Below are positions 58,978 through 64,000 of a stretch of DNA of 64,000 nucleotides, one piece after another; the stretch's first letter is position 1, and the number at the start of each line of letters is the position of its first letter. Source of the stretch: Clostridia bacterium (GTDB lineage: Bacteria > Bacillota > Clostridia > RGIG6154); the NCBI GenBank assembly GCA_017409875.1, contig JAFQRW010000008.1, forward strand, positions 181,390 through 245,389, in the 5' to 3' direction. The notes under the pieces are model-generated. The model did not search any database. It saw only the letters and a program-made list of their open reading frames with translations, and was not told the DNA's origin. A program made the translations under genes and the position numbers.

Positions 58978-59295
58978 TTGAGTATTGAATTATCAATGAA
59001 CGACAACAGAAAAAAGCTGGTTGATTGTATGATAAAAGATTTGCCTGCAATCAGAAAACAGCTTAAGTTGTCGCAAACTCAGCTTGGTGAAAGACTTGGA
59101 AAAAAAAGACAGACTATTTCTTCTATTGAGCGTCACTTAATGCCTCTAAAATGGGATACTTTTTTAGCAATTATGATGCTTGTAGAACAAAATCACGATA
59201 TAATAAAGTGCAAGAATCTTGAAATGTATGAAAGCGGTGTAAAGCAGGAAATGTACGTAGAGCTTTACAGAGGAAAAAAACTTGCAAAACTATAA
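58978..59295 (+). CDS. XRE family HTH transcriptional regulator
   Basis: LSQTQLGERLGKKRQTISSIE helix-turn-helix. The start is ambiguous, either TTG at 58978 or ATG at 58996. Confidence 0.55.
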   Translation: MSIELSMNDNRKKLVDCMIKDLPAIRKQLKLSQTQLGERLGKKRQTISSIERHLMPLKWDTFLAIMMLVEQNHDIIKCKNLEMYESGVKQEMYVELYRGKKLAKL

Positions 59296-59882
59296 AGTTG
59301 TTTTAGAATATATTGGAGCTAAGTATAACGGCTGGCAAAAACAGGGAAATAACAAAAACACAATTCAGGGAAAGCTTGAGAATATTTTAGCTGAGCTTTC
59401 AGGTGAACAAGTTGAGATTTATGGCTCGGGCAGAACAGATAAAGGAGTTCATGCTAAATGCCAGGTGGCAAGCTTTAAGCTTGATAAAGAGATGTATTGT
59501 GAGTTTTTAAGAAATTATTTAAACAAATATTTGCTGCTGACATAAAAGTAAATTTGGTCCAAAAAGTCCACCAAAGATTTCATGCAAGACTTAATGCGAA
59601 ATCAAAAACTTATGAATACAAAATTGCAAATGTGGAAAAGCCCTCAGTTTTTGAATGTAAGTATTGCGCTTTTATTGAAGAAAACTCGATTTGTAGCAAA
59701 TGATAAAAGCATCTGAGTATTTTTTGGGCAGACACGATTTTAAAGCATTTTGCTCTAATAAAATATATAAAAAATCAACAGAAAGAGAAATTTTTGACAT
59801 TACTATTTCAAAAAATGATATGGACTTATTTTACTTAACGTTGAATATTAAAAAACGAGACCTTAACGGTCTCGTTTTTTAG
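59282..59882 (+). pseudogene. truA: tRNA pseudouridine38-40 synthase TruA, disrupted (frameshifts + in-frame stop + 3' truncation)
   Basis: TruA-like sequence is spread over three reading frames. The catalytic-region motif GSGRTDKGVHA is intact in the first piece. The second piece has DIKVNLVQKVHQRFHARLNAKSKTYEYKI. An in-frame TAG precedes MIKASEYFLGRHDF. The homology stops about 60 codons short at the spo0A terminator. Confidence 0.65.
59850..59880. terminator. bidirectional terminator (3' end of spo0A)
   Basis: AAAAAACGAGACC-ttaac-GGTCTCGTTTTTT. Confidence 0.75.
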
Positions 59883-60634
59883 CTTGCTTTAAGCTGAAGT
59901 CTTAAACGGTCTGCAATCATTGCGATAAATTCCGAGTTAGTCGGCTTGCCTTTTCCGCTTGCAATAGTGTAGCCGAAAATTCCGTTCAAAACGTCTGTGT
60001 CGCCTCTGTCCCAGGCAACTTCTATTGCGTGTCTTATTGCTCGCTCAACGCGTGAGGCTGTTGTTCCATACTTTTTAGCAACAGTAGGGTATAAGAGCTT
60101 GGTAATAGAGTTTATAACATCCATATTGTCAATAGTCATCATAATAGCTTCTCTTAAATACTGATATCCTTTAATGTGTGCAGGCACGCCTACTTCGTGA
60201 ATTACAGCAGTAACTTTTGTTTCAATATCAGCAAGACCCGATTTTGCAGGAAAACTATCGGAATTTTTGGACTTTTTAAAAATACCTCTGATTCTGTCAA
60301 CAATAATGTCATGTTCTACAGGCTTTAGCATATAGTAGCTTGCACCCGCATCAATAGCTTTTGCAATAATCTTGTCCTGAGCAGCGGCTGAAATTACGAT
60401 GTACTCAGGATTCTTTGGATATTTCTTCTCCATAACTCCAATTCCGTCAAGTTTTGGCATAACAAGGTCCAAAACTACAACATCAGGACTTGTGTTTTTG
60501 ATATATTCCACTGCCTCAAGTCCGTCTGCTGCCACACCAACAACTTTGATATCCTCAAACTTGTCGAAATGTGCTTTTAAAGTTAAAGCGTACTCCTTGT
60601 TATCTTCTGCAATTAATACTCGTATTTTTGACAT
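59879..60634 (-). CDS. spo0A: sporulation transcription factor Spo0A
   Basis: Receiver domain (VLIAEDNKE ... DLVMPKLDG). C-terminal Spo0A-specific DNA-binding domain with the hallmark [15 protein letters not shown]. Confidence 0.9.
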   Translation of the reverse strand: MSKIRVLIAEDNKEYALTLKAHFDKFEDIKVVGVAADGLEAVEYIKNTSPDVVVLDLVMPKLDGIGVMEKKYPKNPEYIVISAAAQDKIIAKAIDAGASYYMLKPVEHDIIVDRIRGIFKKSKNSDSFPAKSGLADIETKVTAVIHEVGVPAHIKGYQYLREAIMMTIDNMDVINSITKLLYPTVAKKYGTTASRVERAIRHAIEVAWDRGDTDVLNGIFGYTIASGKGKPTNSEFIAMIADRLRLQLKAS

Positions 60635-60676
60635 TTTTTAACCCCATCCTTTATTGGTAATTTTTGGTATATCCAA

Positions 60677-60705
60677 ATTATACCAAAAATTGGTAAAAAA
60701 TTCAA
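60677..60705 (-). promoter_or_regulatory. sigma-A-type promoter (extended -10) upstream of spo0A
   Basis: Minus strand reads TTGAAT, 17-nt spacer, TGgTATAAT. An 8-bp inverted repeat TTGGTATA/TATACCAA overlaps the -10 and TSS region. Confidence 0.5.
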
Positions 60706-60779
60706 GTGTTTTCTTAAAATTTTTTCAAAATATTTTTTATAGTAGTTTTTAGTGACATAAAAATGCCTATAAATACAGC

Positions 60780-60806
60780 AAACGCACCCTTGTAAAGGTG
60801 CGTTTT
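60780..60806. terminator. terminator hairpin after the PfkB kinase gene
   Basis: AAACGCACCCTT-gtaa-AGGTGCGTTT flanked by T/A-rich runs. Confidence 0.65.
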
Positions 60807-60810
60807 AAAA

Positions 60811-61686
60811 TTAAATATTTTTTAAAAAATCAAGCATATCGGACGGGACTGCATCTTTTTTAGAAACAACATACGAGCTTATTTTCGAGGAAAGTTCAAG
60901 AGAAGTTTGAATATCGGAGCCATTAAAAAAGCTTGTTAGAAATGTTGAACCAAAGCTGTCACCTGCACCAACTGTGGAAACTACGTTGCAGGGCACAGCG
61001 TCTGCATAATAAAACTGATTTTTTGAGCAATCTAACGCAAGGCTTCCGTCTTTGCCAAGAGTTAAAATAATAATTTTAACTTGCTTATACTCACTTGCCA
61101 ACTTTTGCAAAGCTTCTTTGTTATCTATTGTTGTATTAAAAAGCTCATCAGTTACAACCGGTAATTCTTCATCGCTGATTTTTACAATAGTTGCATTTTT
61201 CAAGCAAAACTCAATGCTTGCTTTTGAGTAAAACGGTGGCCTGATATTAAGGTCGGTATATATTTCTTTAAAATTGTTTTGCAAAATTAGTTGTTTTAAA
61301 ACATTTATGTTGTGCTCAGACCTTAATGCAAGAGTTCCAAAAGCCAACACATCAAATTCTTCTTCAAATTTATCAGGGAGTTTTATATAATCATACGATA
61401 CATCTTTTAAAAGATTATAACTTGGCAATGCATTTTCATCTAAAGTAACAAGACATTTACCTGTTTGTTTTTGTAAAATTTTAGATATATATTTTGTGCT
61501 GACTCCAAGAGAGTTAACCTCATTAATTAAATCATTTCCATAACTGTCACGGCCAACTGCAGAAAGCATAAAGGCTTCAGCACCTTGCAAAGATGCATGA
61601 GCTGCTAAATTAAGTGGCGCACCCCCTAGATATTTTGCATCAGGGTAAACATCCCAGAGAATTTCGCCAAACGATAGCATTTTCAC
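60811..61686 (-). CDS. PfkB family carbohydrate kinase (fructokinase-like)
   Basis: GEILWDV ... GGAPLN N-terminus. C-terminal GAGDSF ... ATP-binding motif of ribokinase/PfkB family. Confidence 0.75.
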   Translation of the reverse strand: MKMLSFGEILWDVYPDAKYLGGAPLNLAAHASLQGAEAFMLSAVGRDSYGNDLINEVNSLGVSTKYISKILQKQTGKCLVTLDENALPSYNLLKDVSYDYIKLPDKFEEEFDVLAFGTLALRSEHNINVLKQLILQNNFKEIYTDLNIRPPFYSKASIEFCLKNATIVKISDEELPVVTDELFNTTIDNKEALQKLASEYKQVKIIILTLGKDGSLALDCSKNQFYYADAVPCNVVSTVGAGDSFGSTFLTSFFNGSDIQTSLELSSKISSYVVSKKDAVPSDMLDFLKNI

Positions 61687-61763
61687 AACAAATCACCTCT
61701 TGTTTAATAATAGCACACAAAATAGTAATTATCAAGCATAAGATGCTTTATATTAGTTAAATT

Positions 61764-62597
61764 TTATATTTCACTAAGATCAATTTTAAACAACAATGCG
61801 CCTCTGTTGCCGCCTGCGTAATTTTGTGTTGCAATTATGTAAAGATGATTGTCGTATTCACAAGCAGCAGGATAATGACAACCACTGTGGAAATCTTTAT
61901 CAGTATCAAAAAGCACAATTTGTTTAGTGAAATTTTTACTATTATCATCAGTAAGGTATAATGACACTTTTGTACGATTGATTTTATCGGTATTACAAAC
62001 CAGATAATGTCTGCCGTCAGATAAATCCCCACAATAGAGCTTGCTGGAAATGATTGGAATATCATGAGAGCAAATATCACTCCAGGTTTCTCCATAATCT
62101 TTGGAAATGTAGACTAGCGGAACGTGTGCTTTATCATTTCTGCAAAACATATATAACACGTTTTCTGCACATATTACAGAAATTTCGGGGTGTATTAGTT
62201 CTTTACCGTTTGGTAAATCTCCGTTTTCTGCAATTTTCACAAGATGCCAGTCTGCATCTATTTTTCCACTGTCAGAAATGAGTGCAGCGGGTGTGTTTGG
62301 AAATCCATCCAACTCACCAATTCTTCCGGGAAGCAAAAGTTTTCTGTTTGGCAGGCTTACAACATTTGTATTAAGCTTAAACGGAACGGGCTTTGACCAT
62401 AAAAACTCAAATTTATCAGTCTTTTCATTAAGCACATAAAGGTCTAATGAATGAATGTGATCAGGTGCAACCATTTGATTTACAAACATATAAAGCTTAT
62501 CATCACAGATTCCGTAAACCGGTGGGCAATATAATATTTTTCCGCTTTTGTCATCGCATATTATTTCAAGGTCTGTCCATGTTTTTGCCTTTGTCAT
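61764..62597 (-). CDS. BNR/Asp-box repeat protein, sialidase-like beta-propeller (hypothetical glycosidase)
   Basis: Asp-box-like SKDYGETW. Several beta-rich repeats and no signal peptide. Start taken at the first ATG after the AraC stop. The ORF-track start at 62954 overlaps the AraC gene in another frame. Confidence 0.4.
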   Translation of the reverse strand: MTKAKTWTDLEIICDDKSGKILYCPPVYGICDDKLYMFVNQMVAPDHIHSLDLYVLNEKTDKFEFLWSKPVPFKLNTNVVSLPNRKLLLPGRIGELDGFPNTPAALISDSGKIDADWHLVKIAENGDLPNGKELIHPEISVICAENVLYMFCRNDKAHVPLVYISKDYGETWSDICSHDIPIISSKLYCGDLSDGRHYLVCNTDKINRTKVSLYLTDDNSKNFTKQIVLFDTDKDFHSGCHYPAACEYDNHLYIIATQNYAGGNRGALLFKIDLSEI

Positions 62598-62655
62598 AAG
62601 AACGTCTTGCGCATATAGGAGTGTAACCCTGCAATTCTTTTTCCGGACAGTTATA

Positions 62656-63435
62656 TCACGAAGCGTACAAGCATCCCTTATACTCAATAATTGCAGCTTC
62701 GTGCAAAAACTTAAATGTATCATCGGGTACATGTATGGAAACATATTTATAATATGATGGTATTTGAGTAACTCCATTTTCGGTAAAACGAACACAACCA
62801 AGCTTTGTTGCCATAATAAAATCATCATAGTTATATGAATCATGAATATATATATCAGGGTATTTTGTTCTGAACAACGAGGGAGATATTCCAACATTTT
62901 TTGTAAAAATTTCAGTAAAATAACTTGTGTTATTAAAACCGCACAAGGATGCAATATCAGAAATTTTTTTGTCTGTTTGCAAAAGCAGTCTCATTGACTT
63001 TTCAAGCCTTTTTTTGGTTTTGAATGTATTAATTGAAATATTATATCTGTCTTTAAATATATGACACATATAGTAATAGCTTATATTCAGGTCGGTTGCA
63101 ATTTGCTCAATACTAAAATCTTCAGTAAGGTTATCATCAATGTATGAAACAATTGATTTTATTAAATCATTTTCTTTGTTTTTTATATTTTCTCGTCCTG
63201 TTTTTAAGCAATCAATTATTGATTCAAGAATTTTAATGTCACATTGCTCGTATTTGTAGAATTGTCTTATTAAATTATCCAGATGCGAAGGATTGTAGTG
63301 ACATCTTTCTATACAATCAATTTTGAAGTATTCAAAAAGCTCGGAAATTATATTTTCTTTTTCAATATTTTCTGCAAAAAAGACTGCCAGAGAATGAGTT
63401 TCTTTAAATTTAATATTTATAAATAAAAACCTCCA
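62656..63435 (-). CDS. AraC family transcriptional regulator (start codon unresolved)
   Basis: Dual HTH of the AraC type (EQIATDLNISYYYMCHIFKDRYNISINTFKTKKRLEKSMRLLLQTDKKISDIASLCGFNNTSYFTEIFTKNVGISP). The open frame runs about 115 codons upstream of the first ATG with no ATG/GTG/TTG. A C-terminal extension of about 70 aa follows the HTH. Confidence 0.5.
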   Translation of the reverse strand, partial: WRFLFINIKFKETHSLAVFFAENIEKENIISELFEYFKIDCIERCHYNPSHLDNLIRQFYKYEQCDIKILESIIDCLKTGRENIKNKENDLIKSIVSYIDDNLTEDFSIEQIATDLNISYYYMCHIFKDRYNISINTFKTKKRLEKSMRLLLQTDKKISDIASLCGFNNTSYFTEIFTKNVGISPSLFRTKYPDIYIHDSYNYDDFIMATKLGCVRFTENGVTQIPSYYKYVSIHVPDDTFKFLHEAAIIEYKGCLYAS

Positions 63436-63642
63436 TTACAATAAAATTATATCACAATGGAGGCTTTATATCTATAACATTTTTGCTTGATTTTTATCTT
63501 GATGTTTAATTGGAATCTGTCAACATAAGTTGTCAACGTTGAATCAATTTTAATTTAAATAATTATTTTATTACTTGTTGTGCTTGTGTCAGTGATTTTT
63601 GTGCCTAAAAAATCCTTCTATAAATACAACTGTGCAGAAAAA

Positions 63643-63672
63643 AAGATGATGACATAATCATTATCTTTTTTT
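63643..63672. terminator. terminator hairpin after the partial AraC gene
   Basis: AAGATGATGA-cataa-TCATTATCTT flanked by an A-run and a T-run. Confidence 0.55.
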
Positions 63673-64000
63673 CATTTTTCTATATACAAGGGGTGAACAG
63701 AATTTGTTTTGTTTAAAAGTTTCAGTGAAATACGAGGGGGAAGAAAACCCGGTTTGTGCAGAAATCTCAGAAATGGTTTTATCTGTTTCCAAAAGCAACT
63801 TTTCCGCCTTGCATATTCTAACGAAGTTTAAGTATTTAATAAATGAGGTGTTCATTGCTTCTTTGAAAATTCTGCAGAAATGAGCATTATCTATGTGCAA
63901 AATACTGCTCACATCAGAAAGCGAGAGTTTTTCGCAGCAATGAACATTTATGTACTCTATAACAGGGAGAAACCGTATAAGTTGTTTGTTTTGCAAAAAT
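63661..64000 (-). CDS. AraC family transcriptional regulator, C-terminal HTH domain (5' part beyond window)
   Basis: C-terminal AraC dual-HTH (LSDVSSILHIDNAHFCRIFKEAMNTSFIKYLNFVRICKAEKLLLETDKTISEISAQTGFSSPSYFTETFK). The ORF continues past the window edge. Confidence 0.6.
   Translation of the reverse strand, partial: FLQNKQLIRFLPVIEYINVHCCEKLSLSDVSSILHIDNAHFCRIFKEAMNTSFIKYLNFVRICKAEKLLLETDKTISEISAQTGFSSPSYFTETFKQNKFCSPLVYRKMKKR

Noticed and set aside
63500-63560. Direct repeat TGTCAAC-n5-TTGTCAAC between the two AraC genes as a regulator binding site.
   Set aside because: Only two short copies are present, with no way to test significance, so it is not listed as a feature.
1-64000. CRISPR arrays, tRNA/rRNA genes, transposases, integrases and phage genes.
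   Set aside because: No spacer-repeat periodicity and no tRNA-like GTTCGAATC-type T-arm motifs were seen in intergenic regions. No transposase or integrase-like ORFs are present, and gene content is chromosomal housekeeping plus cell-envelope functions.

Overview
The window looks like low-GC Firmicutes (Clostridia-like) chromosome. Supporting cues: spo0A, a YlmC/YmxH sporulation protein, a CotH-family protein, SLH domains, and frequent GTG/TTG start codons. Gene density is high on both strands, with about 60 CDS. No rRNA, tRNA, CRISPR array or transposase was seen.

Main blocks, in order:
- An AsnC regulator plus aminotransferase, a Ppx/GppA phosphatase and a radical SAM protein.
- A cell-wall glycosylation locus (about 3.5 to 11.2 kb) with a two-domain GT2 giant, a GT-B-like protein, GtrA and GtrB-like proteins, a polytopic membrane protein and a further GT2.
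- Housekeeping genes: holB, a PSP1/RicT-like gene, a ferredoxin, rsmI, recD2, comFC, a QueG-like gene, an Mrp/ApbC gene and a t6A cluster (tsaE, tsaB, a dCMP-deaminase gene, tsaC, rimI, tsaD).
- apt, serA and serC on the minus strand.
- ppdK.
- spo0A next to a decayed truA.

The most notable region is 25.3 to 39.1 kb. A GGDEF sensor gene is followed by a sigma-70-type promoter, then a leader with strong similarity to a class I c-di-GMP (GEMM) riboswitch and an overlapping intrinsic terminator, then a compact eight-gene operon. The operon encodes a VTC-domain protein, an SLH-anchored polysaccharide deacetylase, a DUF4956 membrane protein, a CotH-family atypical kinase, a TIM-barrel hydrolase-like protein, a HEAT-repeat membrane protein, a processive GT2 synthase and a degenerate-GGDEF/EAL protein. 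This looks like an undescribed c-di-GMP-gated surface-polymer or polyphosphate system.

Other oddities:
- An XRE-type HTH fused in frame to L-serine dehydratase.
- Tandem CopG-like RHH paralogs with direct-repeat operators downstream of a lipoprotein gene.
- An AraC-family gene with no canonical start codon.
- A shared 16-nt motif upstream of two membrane signalling genes.
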